Assembly: GCA_029258795.1 (NCBI GenBank)
Contig: JAPDKB010000002.1
Coordinates: 160,001-224,000, forward strand
From: an archaeon
GTDB lineage: Archaea > EX4484-52 > WAPT01
DNA: 64,000 nucleotides
Direction of reading: 5' to 3'
In this document: positions 30,846 to 40,735 of the stretch, piece after piece
How the letters are laid out: each line of letters begins with the position of its first letter
Numbering within the stretch: the first letter of the stretch is position 1
The notes under the pieces: model-generated
Told to the model about the DNA's origin: nothing
Database searches by the model: none
What the model saw: only the letters and a program-made list of their open reading frames with translations
Made by a program: the position numbers and the translations under genes

Positions 30846-31598
30846 TCACTCAAGCTTTTTTAACAGCTTCCTTAAATTGAAATATTTTTTGTTTAACTTC
30901 TCGCTCTCTTTCTTGACCTCTATGAGCTTATCCTCGATTTCCCGCGCAACCTTCCCAACCTCATGTATTTCTTTCTTCTTTAGCGCTTTTGAGAGTTTTA
31001 GAATCACCTTGATTTCTTCTTCCAGTTTTTTCTTTTCTTTCTCGAACTCCTCTATCTCCTTTTCCATCCCTTCCAGAACTTCAGCTTTTTTCTTTATTAT
31101 TTCGGAAACACTCTTTTCTTCTTTTTCCACTTCCTCCTCTTCCTTCACAACATTCTTCAGCTCTTTTTCAAGTTCAGCTTTCCTTTTCCTCAACTCTTCC
31201 AGCTCCCTCTCAACCTCTCTAACCTTCTCCAAGTCCTTATCCAGAACCTTCTCAAACTTCTCCATGACCTTTTTGAATTCCTTGATCCGTCTTTCCTTCG
31301 CTTTCAGCTCTTCCTTCAGAGTTCTTGCTTGTTTATTCACCCTCTCCCCAAGCTCCTTTACCTTCTTTTCACCCAGCTCTTCGGCTTCCTCAGAAAGGTA
31401 AAGATGGCACCTTCCCCTCGCATCATAATCGAGAACCATGAACCCCTCCCTGGCAAAAACCTTAGCCCACACTTCCACCGTCTTTTCAGGCACATTGAGA
31501 ATGGAAGCAGCAGATTCTATCGTTATGCCGGGATCATTTTTTACAAGCTCGATAAGCTTGTCAGCTTCCGTTTCAAGAAGCATGTTTTTAAATTCCAT
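30846..31598 (-). CDS. N-terminal HTH-like domain plus coiled-coil protein
   Basis: LETEADKLIELVK...AASILNVPEKTVEVWAK helix-turn-helix pattern followed by E/K heptads. Confidence 0.8.
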   Translation of the reverse strand: MEFKNMLLETEADKLIELVKNDPGITIESAASILNVPEKTVEVWAKVFAREGFMVLDYDARGRCHLYLSEEAEELGEKKVKELGERVNKQARTLKEELKAKERRIKEFKKVMEKFEKVLDKDLEKVREVERELEELRKRKAELEKELKNVVKEEEEVEKEEKSVSEIIKKKAEVLEGMEKEIEEFEKEKKKLEEEIKVILKLSKALKKKEIHEVGKVAREIEDKLIEVKKESEKLNKKYFNLRKLLKKLE

Positions 31599-31644
31599 GC
31601 CGACACCTCAACCTTTATATGAAGGCATGAATTAAAATATTTTT

Positions 31645-32079
31645 ATGTCTTCCGCAAATTTCCTTCATTTTCGCAAAAAATCGCAGTCCGCCACAGAATA
31701 TCTTGTTGTGGTGAGCGTAGCGCTTGCACTCCTCTCTCCTCTTATCGTCATGGCTCAGCAAACCGTTTATGACCTCAACACCTCCATAAATCTCATAGAG
31801 GCGAACAACGCTCTGACAAAGATAAAAAACGCTGCCGACAGGGTTTATGCTCAAGGGTATCCATCAAAGCTTAGCTTTATGGTTATCGTCCCAAACAGAA
31901 TGGAGCGGATGTTCGTTGATGATCATGCGCTGATAATGGAACTTTCTTACAAGGATGCCCCATCCCATGTGGTTGAGTTCTTCGATTATGATATTGTGCT
32001 GAGTGGAACTCCGGAAAAGGGGCTTAACAGGGTTACGGTGATGGCATACCAGAACTATGTGAATATAACTCTCGAATGA
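31645..32079 (+). CDS. Class III signal peptide pilin-like protein
   Basis: RKKS/QSATEY plus hydrophobic helix (QxSxE-like motif). Confidence 0.85.
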   Translation: MSSANFLHFRKKSQSATEYLVVVSVALALLSPLIVMAQQTVYDLNTSINLIEANNALTKIKNAADRVYAQGYPSKLSFMVIVPNRMERMFVDDHALIMELSYKDAPSHVVEFFDYDIVLSGTPEKGLNRVTVMAYQNYVNITLE

Positions 32080-32501
32080 TTTTGTTGGTGGATCTCATGC
32101 ACAGGAATGGTGGTAAGAGGAGAGCGCAGGTTAGCATAGAGTTTCTGATGGTCATTGCATTCATGATAATGGCATTCAGCGTTTACTTTGCCTATCTGTC
32201 AGAAAGGAGTTTAAAGTACGCGGACATTGAAAAGAAGAGCACAGCGGAGTCCATAGCACATTATGTTGCGGAAACCCTCGATTCCGCGCTGCTTGTAGGG
32301 GATGGTTTTTCGAGAGTCGTGGAGCTACCACCAACAATTAAGGGCGAGGACTACTCTATTAACATCACGAACGGGCTGGTTATAGTAAGCTTCAATGAAT
32401 ACGTGGTGTACAGCCCCACACTCGTTAAAAGTATTGTTGGCACCATCAAACCCGGTAAAAACACGATTTCAAATGTGGGAGGGGTGATTCATGTTGAGTA
32501 G
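32076..32501 (+). CDS. Class III signal peptide pilin-like protein
   Basis: KRRA/QVSIEF plus hydrophobic helix. Confidence 0.88.
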   Translation: MILLVDLMHRNGGKRRAQVSIEFLMVIAFMIMAFSVYFAYLSERSLKYADIEKKSTAESIAHYVAETLDSALLVGDGFSRVVELPPTIKGEDYSINITNGLVIVSFNEYVVYSPTLVKSIVGTIKPGKNTISNVGGVIHVE

Positions 32502-33030
32502 TGATGCCGGGAACAGTTCAACAAGAAAGGCGCAGGTACTGCTGGAGGACTTCGTGATAAGCCTCATGGTTTTCACGATGGTGGTGGCAGCTGGGTTTAA
32601 GATGTACTACGCATCACAGGAGAGAGAATCGTGGAGCACAGAGCTTGAGCTCGAGTGGCACACCACGATGGCAGCGCTGGATTATCTGATAAAGGGTCAG
32701 GGAGTTCCCGCTGACTGGAACTACACCAATGTGGAAAGGGTGGGGCTTGCTACCAGAAGCCATGTGGTATCTGTTAACAAGTTCCTCCAGCTGATGAATT
32801 TGAGTTACGAAGATGCGAGAGCCAAGCTTGGAGTGGGAGGTTATGACTACTATCTGACATTAAAATACCTAAACGACACCGTAATGGAATGGAATGGAGA
32901 ACAGCTTTATTTTGGTATGTCTCCTCCTCCAGATGCAAGAACCCTGAATGCGGGCAGGAGGTACGTTTATGTTGTTTATCCGGATGGAAGCAAAACGATC
33001 GGTATGGTTGAGTTGGGTGTGTGGAGATGA
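32491..33030 (+). CDS. Class III signal peptide pilin-like protein
   Basis: RKA/QVLLEDF plus helix; G.P.DW motif; ends in VWR. Confidence 0.82.
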   Translation: MLSSDAGNSSTRKAQVLLEDFVISLMVFTMVVAAGFKMYYASQERESWSTELELEWHTTMAALDYLIKGQGVPADWNYTNVERVGLATRSHVVSVNKFLQLMNLSYEDARAKLGVGGYDYYLTLKYLNDTVMEWNGEQLYFGMSPPPDARTLNAGRRYVYVVYPDGSKTIGMVELGVWR

Positions 33031-34976
33031 GGAGCAAGGCGTTTTTCCTCACGATGGACGCGCTAATAGCAGCGATAATAATTGGGATAGGGGCAATACT
33101 TGTTGTGCAATCAGATGCGGGTGTGCAGAGCGTGACCTCTTATAGTTACGAGAAAGCTCACTATCTGGCTGAGGATGCCATGACGATTCTGAGTTTAACA
33201 AAGTTAAAAGACCTGAACAGTAGTGTGATCAATTATCTGCTTTCCAACACCAACCTCACTCAGGAAGATCTTGAGAAAAAAGTGCTGGAGTGCCTGACAA
33301 TTTTATGGGCTTATAACGAGAGTGAATTTGCAAGGTATCTTGCAAGTGTGGTGCTTGATCCCATCCTCCAATCTTCAGAGTACAACTACTCCCTCTATAT
33401 TCAGGACTCCTTGGGTCATAGACATCTGATTTATGGAAGCGATACACCCTCAACAGCAAAATTCGTGGTAGCGTCATCTCGCGTGCTCTCTGGATACAAA
33501 GAAAATGCTTTGCCTCGTGGCTATATGGCAAGAGCTTTTCTGAGAAATCTGGAGAGGAATGAGACGCTTGTTGTGCCGATAGAGCCGGAGGGGGGTGCCG
33601 AAGGTTTGGATTCAGCTCTCACGATCTCCAAACTCTTCAGACTCAATGCCTCAAAAGTTTACAACGCCACAGTGCATCTTGCTCTCCATATGGATGAGAT
33701 TAACTGGGGCACAAGCAGAGCATACTTTAATGGAGTTGATGTAACGTCCAGAATAAAAGAGGTCAAAAGAAGAACCGATAGCTCTGGAGTGGCGTGGTAT
33801 GGAACGATCGACATTACCGACATACTAAATCAGAGTATAGCTAATGGAGACGTATGGCATAACTTCACTTTTAAAGTTATAGGTACTGGAAAGTATAACC
33901 TTCATGTACACCCAGGTAGCAGAATAGAGGTTACATACAGATCTGCAGAGTTGAAAGAAATAAGTGAGGTGGTGGAAGAGAGAAGATATCTGGACTCTGT
34001 GATCTCAGAACCCGACAGATGGGGAAGTGGAAGTGGAGTCTGGGTTTTTGTTCCAATAAACTTACCAAAAGATGCAGAAATTATCAACGCAACTTTATAC
34101 TTGCGGGTTTACAATGTAACTGATACCGGATATTGGTGGTTTTGGTGGTGGGTTGATAGAGTTGATGTTATAGTATATTTTGACGATCAAGTTATATATC
34201 AAGATTCTTCTCCTTCCTCAAATCCATACGAATTAAGGATCGATCTCACCTCATACATAGAGTCCACTAATACTACTCACATCGTTCTGGCGGAATTTAA
34301 TTGCAGAGAAGAGTCGGATTCTTATTATGGCGACAGACCAATTAAATTATATTCAAATCCCGAACTTGATCCTTTAAACTCATCATATCTTTATCTTAAG
34401 TACCGGTACTCTCCCCTGAGCAAGTATAAATTTGGGTACGTAATGGCATCAGGCACTTTACCGCTAAAGAATCCTGTTGATGAGGAATTTGCATGGTTAA
34501 GATGGATTGATGTAAATTTCACGAACATAAATCTGTACTCGAGCTACGTCCACCCAGTGGAATTTTACAGCACAACCTTCACCGCCACCGTTGATGAAGT
34601 CGATGTCTTTGAATCTCCTACGACTAGAGCTGTGCCATCTTCTATCTATATTGATCCATCCTACTACTCTAAAACCACCACTTCACGCTTGGAGGTTCGC
34701 GAAGAAAATTCATGGAACGATTACATCCACAACAGTACAATTTTGAGCTTCGAGTTTTTCATTCCATCTCAGGTACCCTATGGAGAAGTTTTTGATACGC
34801 AGGAGGAAGCTGTTGAAGATGCGCGAAGCCGGCTACTTGATTTGCTCAGCCCTTACTGCGGAAAGTACATAAATTGCTCGCCATCCAACATAGCCAACTC
34901 AAGCCAGAATTTACCCATAGCCAACATACCATCCATGTATGGCCCGGTCATAGCAAAGCTGGAGGTGTGGAGATGA
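33027..34976 (+). CDS. Large pilin-like adhesin with class III signal peptide
   Basis: RSKA/FFLTMDAL plus helix, ~600-aa extracellular region with many sequons, ends in VWR. Confidence 0.82.
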   Translation: MRSKAFFLTMDALIAAIIIGIGAILVVQSDAGVQSVTSYSYEKAHYLAEDAMTILSLTKLKDLNSSVINYLLSNTNLTQEDLEKKVLECLTILWAYNESEFARYLASVVLDPILQSSEYNYSLYIQDSLGHRHLIYGSDTPSTAKFVVASSRVLSGYKENALPRGYMARAFLRNLERNETLVVPIEPEGGAEGLDSALTISKLFRLNASKVYNATVHLALHMDEINWGTSRAYFNGVDVTSRIKEVKRRTDSSGVAWYGTIDITDILNQSIANGDVWHNFTFKVIGTGKYNLHVHPGSRIEVTYRSAELKEISEVVEERRYLDSVISEPDRWGSGSGVWVFVPINLPKDAEIINATLYLRVYNVTDTGYWWFWWWVDRVDVIVYFDDQVIYQDSSPSSNPYELRIDLTSYIESTNTTHIVLAEFNCREESDSYYGDRPIKLYSNPELDPLNSSYLYLKYRYSPLSKYKFGYVMASGTLPLKNPVDEEFAWLRWIDVNFTNINLYSSYVHPVEFYSTTFTATVDEVDVFESPTTRAVPSSIYIDPSYYSKTTTSRLEVREENSWNDYIHNSTILSFEFFIPSQVPYGEVFDTQEEAVEDARSRLLDLLSPYCGKYINCSPSNIANSSQNLPIANIPSMYGPVIAKLEVWR

Positions 34977-36097
34977 AGAGCGGAAGGAAGGGCATCATCT
35001 ATACTCTCTTCGCTATAGTTCTTATCTCCCTTTTAATGTTCTCGATAGCATTAAAAACAAAGCCCATCACAAGAGAAACCACCATAAACGAACGTGCCAG
35101 AGTGGAGCAACTCCACTACTACGTGGAAGATGTAATGGCGGACATGGAAAGAGCAACGACAATATCGTTCAAGAGAGCGCTCGTGGCAATTATAACTCAA
35201 GAGGTCTCGACCGGAAACTTTGTGAGTAATGTAACTGAGATAATTCCCGAAGTAACAGTTAATGGAACTCTTAACGGCACGGAGCTACCATTTCTTCAGA
35301 ATGAGACGCTTTCAGCATGGCAGGAAAAGATATCGACACTTCTTTCACGTTACCATTTTGTGCTCAATTCATCATCTAGCAATTTTGTAATTGCTCTGAG
35401 TAATTACACAGAAGTAAAACTCAATATGAATTACAGCTTAAATATCCGCGACAACATCCTCCAAGCCAATTTGACGAAGCACAGCAACATGAGCACATCC
35501 ATATCCATGGAAGGTGTGGAAGACCCATTCATAACGATCAACACCTTGGCCTACGTGCTCAACACTTTCAGAATGTGTCCTGCAATTGAATCCTCAAGTT
35601 ACAGCACATCAGATTTTTATGGTAAAGCTTACGTTGACATGTCAAGCACCGATTTTAGTCATGTTGGTGGAAAGGCATCCAAAGTTCTTGTTACAGATAC
35701 GCTTGTGGGCAAATCAAATTACTCGGGTTTTGCTGGAGTGATAGTAGAAAATAACGAAATTCCGGCTGAATCAGTGGATTACGCTTCTGGCGTGAGTAAT
35801 GCCGTATCCCTCATAAGGAACGCCAGTTATGTTATTAAACACGACTCGCTAATCTACCTTACAAATCTGACGGATGAGGACTGCACAAGTAATGGAAACA
35901 GCTCATGTTATTTTCCCATGGATGGCGCGCCAACACTGCTTGACAGACTGGAAGGAAGAAATTACCACACCGCTATTTATGATCCAGCAGGAATTTTTGG
36001 CATAGGATCATACATCTGCAACTACAGGTTACCAGCAGAACTCAGAAAAAGCTCCAACCCCCTCGTACTGGATTATAAATACCTGCCTCTGTTGTGA
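34973..36097 (+). CDS. Class III signal peptide pilin-like protein
   Basis: RKG/IIYTLFA plus helix; ATGA overlap; EDP and P..LDRLEG motifs. Confidence 0.8.
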   Translation: MKSGRKGIIYTLFAIVLISLLMFSIALKTKPITRETTINERARVEQLHYYVEDVMADMERATTISFKRALVAIITQEVSTGNFVSNVTEIIPEVTVNGTLNGTELPFLQNETLSAWQEKISTLLSRYHFVLNSSSSNFVIALSNYTEVKLNMNYSLNIRDNILQANLTKHSNMSTSISMEGVEDPFITINTLAYVLNTFRMCPAIESSSYSTSDFYGKAYVDMSSTDFSHVGGKASKVLVTDTLVGKSNYSGFAGVIVENNEIPAESVDYASGVSNAVSLIRNASYVIKHDSLIYLTNLTDEDCTSNGNSSCYFPMDGAPTLLDRLEGRNYHTAIYDPAGIFGIGSYICNYRLPAELRKSSNPLVLDYKYLPLL

Positions 36098-36124
36098 AAA
36101 ACCGGTTTTAGAATTAAAAAGCAG

Positions 36125-39100
36125 TTACTCGATCACCATGGGCGACTTATCCTTTAACTCAACAAGCCTGCCGTATAGCTTTCTTAACTTCTCCAGTTCA
36201 AATTTAAGCAAAGCATTCTCCTTTTCCAGAGCCCTCAATCTGGAGGCAAGAACACTCACCGCATCTTCATCCTCTTGCTCCTCTCTCTCCACTTTCATAA
36301 CCTCGGACGCCACACTTCTGAACTTACTTTCCAGATCCCTTTCAATCTTATCCATGATGATCGCGAATCTCCTCTCAACCTCATCTTCCAGCTTATCCAA
36401 CCTATCGTTCACATAACTTTCCATCTTGTCAACTTTCAGCTCCTCCTCCTTGAAGTCCTCGAGAGCTTTTGACACCATAGCGTTTACTTCATCAATAATT
36501 TCATCTCGCATCATTTTCAGGAAGTTGATTTCGCTCTGCATTTTTTGCAGATTTGAAGCTATCTGCTCCATTCTGGAGGAAAAACTATCAATAGAGGATT
36601 TTATGAGATTGAACCTTTGCTCTACACTCTTTTCCATCATCATTTCCTTTTGTCTCAAATTTTCTATCTCACTCTGTTTTTCCTTTATCGCTGTCAGCGC
36701 ATTCTCCATATCATTTACCGCTTTAATCAATTCCTCAATCACGCTCTTTATTTTTGCATCCGTAGACCCGGCAATTTCCTTGGGGAGGTTGGACATGCGA
36801 CTTTCCAAGAACGAGATCTTATGTAAAAGCTCGGAATATTTCTTTTCCATGTTATTAATTTTAGCATCAAGTTCGGCTTCATCCTTTTTAACTCCACCTT
36901 CAGCGAGAGCTCTTTCAAGTGCTGCGAGTTTCTTGTTTATTTCTGTGAGTCCCTTCTCCGCCTCTTCTTTAAACTTCGCAGATTCGTTAACCTTCAACAC
37001 CATCTTCCTCAACTCCTCCTGAAGGCTTGCAATTCTTTTATTTAATTGAGTATGTTCATCTTTATATTCTTTAAGAGACTCAAATTCCCTTCTCAACATT
37101 TGGTTTTCAGCTTGAAGTTTCGTAACGGCATCCTGTAAAGCTTTTATGGCATCTACATTTTCATCCAGCCTATCCACACTATCTTTCAGATTGTCTAACT
37201 CCCTCACCTTAGATTTCATCTCGGAGAGCTCGTTAAGAATCGTTTCAACTTCATTCCTTACCTTCCCTATCTCCATTTCCATCAATTTCTGAGCACCACT
37301 CCCCGCATCCTCAATCTTGCTTTCCAGCATCTTTACAGCAACTCTTACCTCATCGATCTCCTCCTCAGCATCCTCTAACCTCTCCTTAAGCGATTTCAGC
37401 ACTTTTTCAACATCACCCCTCTTTTCCTTTTCCAGAGTCTCAATTTTCATGGAGATGGAGTCCACATCCCTCCTTATACCTCTGACCTCGGTGTCCAGCA
37501 GATTAACATTCTTCAACATTTCTCCGTGTTCTTTCAGCTTTTCCCTGAGTTTTTCAATTTCCTCCTTGTCCTTTTTCTTTTCGATGTTCTTTTCGACATT
37601 CTCCATCCTTGTTTTTATTTCCTCAATTTTACGAGATAACAATTCAACATCTCTTTTAATAGGGTCAATTTCATCTCCAACTTCACTTTTTATTTGCTCA
37701 AGTTCTTTCACATCCTTCTTTATGTTTTCCACAGCTTTCTCGACAACCTCGATCCGTTTCTTCATGCTTTCCATTCCAGCTGACAATTCCACAACATCAT
37801 TTTCAATTTCTTCAACAAGTGTGGAGGCTCGGGTTGATGTCTTTTCCACATCCTTGAACCTCTTTAGAACCTGTTTGTAGGATTTCACCACATGATTGGC
37901 ATCCTGCTCAAGAATCTTCAGCTCGTCAAGCGCTCTTTCTAGTTCCTCAATTTTTCTTCTGAGCACTTCAAAATCACGGTTTTCCAATTTATTAACTCTT
38001 CGAAAAACATTGTTTAATCCCGATTCAACACTTTCAACGGTTGAATGTATCTCATCAATATCTTTCTGAATTTTTGAAATTTTTTCTATGTTCTTTTTCA
38101 TTTTATTAAGATTTTTCTCAACCTTTTCTGCTTTATCTTCGAAATTTTCACCCTTTTTCTCGTATTCCTCAAGTATTTTATTGAATTGTTCAACTTTTTT
38201 GGAAGCCTCGCGAATCTCTTTCCTGAGCGTTTCATAAGCATCCCAGAAATCATTCATCTTCTTCATCGCATCATTAAATTCCTTTTCAATATGCTTCATT
38301 CTTTTTTCCATCTTCCCGATACTCGAGATATAATTCTCCAGTTCATCTATGCTGTGCTCAACTTCCTCGATACGTGATTTTAACCTCTCGTCCACCTTTT
38401 CCAGTTCCTCTTTACTTGCGTACTTTTCCTTTCTCAGCTCATCACCCAAGCCCTTGAGCGCGTCTTCAACAGCCATTAATCCAGCATCAACGCGCGTGAT
38501 CTCCCTTTCCAGTTCCTTGACTTTCCTGAAAACATCGTGTTCTTTACCGTGTACGCTTTCCTTCGATTGTTTTTCAATCTCTTCTATCCTCTTTTCAAGA
38601 ACCTCTAGTTTGGGCTTCAGAGAAGATAAAGCGGCATCAACACGTTTTTGGAGTGCTTTCAGCTCTTCTTCCCCATGCTTTTCTTCCTTTTCATGCACGC
38701 TTTGCGAGATCTTACTTATATCCTCTTTAATCTTGAGAAAGTCCTTTTCCAGACTTTCCAGCTTACTCTCGAGTTTCTTTATTGTCTCTTTCTCTTCCCA
38801 TTCTTCCTTTTTCGCCCCGGTAGGAGGTGATGTTTTTAATTTATTCAATTCCTGCTTGACATTCTCGAATTCCTTCCATATTCTCTTTTCCAGTTCCTCC
38901 AACCCTTTCGTATCTATTTGTTGTGGAGCAGCACTCCCACCTTTCAACTTACCTTCCAATAACTCTACCTTTAAAAGCAATTCCTTTTTTGTCTTCTCCA
39001 TCTCGGACCTGAGAGCTTCAAGCGATGCCGATAAGTTTGCTAATTTTTCTTGATCAACGGATTTTGTTGCAGGTTGTGGTGCTGGGGTGGTAGCGCCGCT

Positions 39101-40177
39101 TGGTGGTTGGGTGGTTTGAGGTGATTGTGGGGATGGGAGTGTTTTCCTCACCATCTCGATCTCGGATTGTAATGAAGCTATCTTGGAAGTTAGCTCAGTC
39201 ATCCTGGAACTTAGGCGAGTATACATATTTTTGAGCTCTTCAATTTGTCTTTGAGGCACCGCTGAAACTGCGGACGGTGGTTGTACAGTAGGTGTGGTGC
39301 TTGAAGCTGCTTTCGGAATCGAAGATGAAATCTTTGCAATATCACTAACCTTTCTTTCCAGCGCCTCCAGCCGTGACCTCAGCGCTGACACCTCAACCTG
39401 AAGTTTAGTATCAACAGGCGCCGCAGGGGAAGAGGGGGTAACGGGCTTACCCGGAATCACTGTACCGGGTCTCAGTTTCAGAGCATTGACCTCCCTTTCC
39501 ATGGCAGCAAGCCTTGCCTGCAGGGAGGTAAGCTGTGTTTTTATTGAGGTAATGAGAGCATCGGATGGTGCTGATGTTGGGGCAGTGGGTGATGCTGCCG
39601 ATGGAACCGCAGTTTTGTCAGCAGGTTTGGATGAGAGCTTTTGAATCTCCTGTTGAAATGCATCAATCCTTTTCTTTAGCTCTTCCAGGTCCTTAATTCG
39701 CACAGCTTCCTTTTCAACCTTTTCAAGCCTGCTTTTCAATTCTTCAACATTCTCGGTGAGTTTCTGGACTTCCTCAACATCAAGCTTTTCCAGAACATCC
39801 AGCTTTTTCAGGTTCTCCAGTGCAGAGAGTATGGCCTCAACGCTGTCCTGCATTTCCTTTATCTCATCCCGAAAAATCTCGATTTCTTCCGAGCCCTTCA
39901 ACACGTCAAGCTTGAGCACGAGTTCATTGTTTTCCACATCATCCAACCGCTTCTCAATATCATCCAGCCGCTTGAGAAGTGTCTCAACTTTACCCTTTTC
40001 GCTCTTTTGAGAAGCCTCTTTCTTTATATTCTCAAGCTCCTCATATAAGTTCTCCAGTTTCTGGTTAACATCCACACCGAGAAGCTCCATTTTGTTCTTG
40101 AGCTCTTCCAGTGAGTTTTCAACTTTTTTTATTCTTTTAGTGAGAACAGAATCATCACCCATAACCATCCCACCCAT
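36125..40177 (-). CDS. Giant coiled-coil protein (~1350 aa) with Pro/Ser/Thr-rich linkers
   Basis: Continuous heptads, no Walker motifs, no TM or signal peptide; start uncertain (40162-40177). Confidence 0.88.
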   Translation of the reverse strand: MGGMVMGDDSVLTKRIKKVENSLEELKNKMELLGVDVNQKLENLYEELENIKKEASQKSEKGKVETLLKRLDDIEKRLDDVENNELVLKLDVLKGSEEIEIFRDEIKEMQDSVEAILSALENLKKLDVLEKLDVEEVQKLTENVEELKSRLEKVEKEAVRIKDLEELKKRIDAFQQEIQKLSSKPADKTAVPSAASPTAPTSAPSDALITSIKTQLTSLQARLAAMEREVNALKLRPGTVIPGKPVTPSSPAAPVDTKLQVEVSALRSRLEALERKVSDIAKISSSIPKAASSTTPTVQPPSAVSAVPQRQIEELKNMYTRLSSRMTELTSKIASLQSEIEMVRKTLPSPQSPQTTQPPSGATTPAPQPATKSVDQEKLANLSASLEALRSEMEKTKKELLLKVELLEGKLKGGSAAPQQIDTKGLEELEKRIWKEFENVKQELNKLKTSPPTGAKKEEWEEKETIKKLESKLESLEKDFLKIKEDISKISQSVHEKEEKHGEEELKALQKRVDAALSSLKPKLEVLEKRIEEIEKQSKESVHGKEHDVFRKVKELEREITRVDAGLMAVEDALKGLGDELRKEKYASKEELEKVDERLKSRIEEVEHSIDELENYISSIGKMEKRMKHIEKEFNDAMKKMNDFWDAYETLRKEIREASKKVEQFNKILEEYEKKGENFEDKAEKVEKNLNKMKKNIEKISKIQKDIDEIHSTVESVESGLNNVFRRVNKLENRDFEVLRRKIEELERALDELKILEQDANHVVKSYKQVLKRFKDVEKTSTRASTLVEEIENDVVELSAGMESMKKRIEVVEKAVENIKKDVKELEQIKSEVGDEIDPIKRDVELLSRKIEEIKTRMENVEKNIEKKKDKEEIEKLREKLKEHGEMLKNVNLLDTEVRGIRRDVDSISMKIETLEKEKRGDVEKVLKSLKERLEDAEEEIDEVRVAVKMLESKIEDAGSGAQKLMEMEIGKVRNEVETILNELSEMKSKVRELDNLKDSVDRLDENVDAIKALQDAVTKLQAENQMLRREFESLKEYKDEHTQLNKRIASLQEELRKMVLKVNESAKFKEEAEKGLTEINKKLAALERALAEGGVKKDEAELDAKINNMEKKYSELLHKISFLESRMSNLPKEIAGSTDAKIKSVIEELIKAVNDMENALTAIKEKQSEIENLRQKEMMMEKSVEQRFNLIKSSIDSFSSRMEQIASNLQKMQSEINFLKMMRDEIIDEVNAMVSKALEDFKEEELKVDKMESYVNDRLDKLEDEVERRFAIIMDKIERDLESKFRSVASEVMKVEREEQEDEDAVSVLASRLRALEKENALLKFELEKLRKLYGRLVELKDKSPMVIE

Positions 40178-40271
40178 TAAAGCTTCAATTAAAAGTTTGA
40201 GAAAACCTGTATATAAAATTATACACATAGCGGATTAAATGGGGTGCGCCTGCTTTTTTCGCGTTTTCGTT

Positions 40272-40655
40272 TTATATAGCTTCAATTAACTTCAGCAAGC
40301 GTTCCGTCCTTTCTTTGAGATCCTCCGCAAACTTTTTCTTCAAATCATCAATATTTATTGCCTGGTAAACGTAGAATCTGCCTTTCTTGCCGCCAGTACA
40401 GCATCTCGCTTCCCTCTTAACGAATCCATCCTCATAAAGCTCAGCAAGAATTCTGCTCACCGTGGTTTTGTCCTTCCCCACAATGGATGAGAGCTCATCC
40501 ACACACATACCTTTATCTTGCTTCATGAGTTCCAGAAGGCATGTTATCTCGGTATGGTTCAGGTTGTAGAATCTTTCCAGGAACTCAGATAAAGCATCAT
40601 AATTAATACCTTTACTCTTTTTTTTCTGAGTTTTTCTTGTTGTTTTAGGTCCCAT
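40272..40655 (-). CDS. HTH transcriptional regulator (TrmB/MarR-like) with Cys pair
   Basis: VDELS..VGKDKTTVSRIL..L...GFVKR, CCTGG, GRFYVY. Confidence 0.85.
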   Translation of the reverse strand: MGPKTTRKTQKKKSKGINYDALSEFLERFYNLNHTEITCLLELMKQDKGMCVDELSSIVGKDKTTVSRILAELYEDGFVKREARCCTGGKKGRFYVYQAINIDDLKKKFAEDLKERTERLLKLIEAI

Positions 40656-40686
40656 ACTTTAGCTTCTTTTTGAACATCTATTTAAA

Positions 40687-40721
40687 GTTTTTGTATGAAA
40701 TTGTAGATATCTTACAAAAAC
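40687..40721. promoter_or_regulatory. Putative operator inverted repeat between the divergent regulator and thioredoxin
   Basis: GTTTTTGTA-N17-TACAAAAAC perfect 9-bp IR with nested TTGTA-N7-TACAA, immediately after a TTTAAA TATA-like box. Confidence 0.5.
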
Positions 40722-40735
40722 AAAGGTGAGACTAC

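Noticed and set aside
30715-31401. Long F/S/L-rich plus-strand ORFs here and at 36426-39053 and 54294-55755
   Set aside because: They are antisense reading frames of E/K-rich coiled-coil genes
36125-40228. Rad50/SMC assignment for the giant coiled-coil protein (tempting because mre11 is in the window)
   Set aside because: No Walker A/B, signature motif, CxxC hook or hinge is visible
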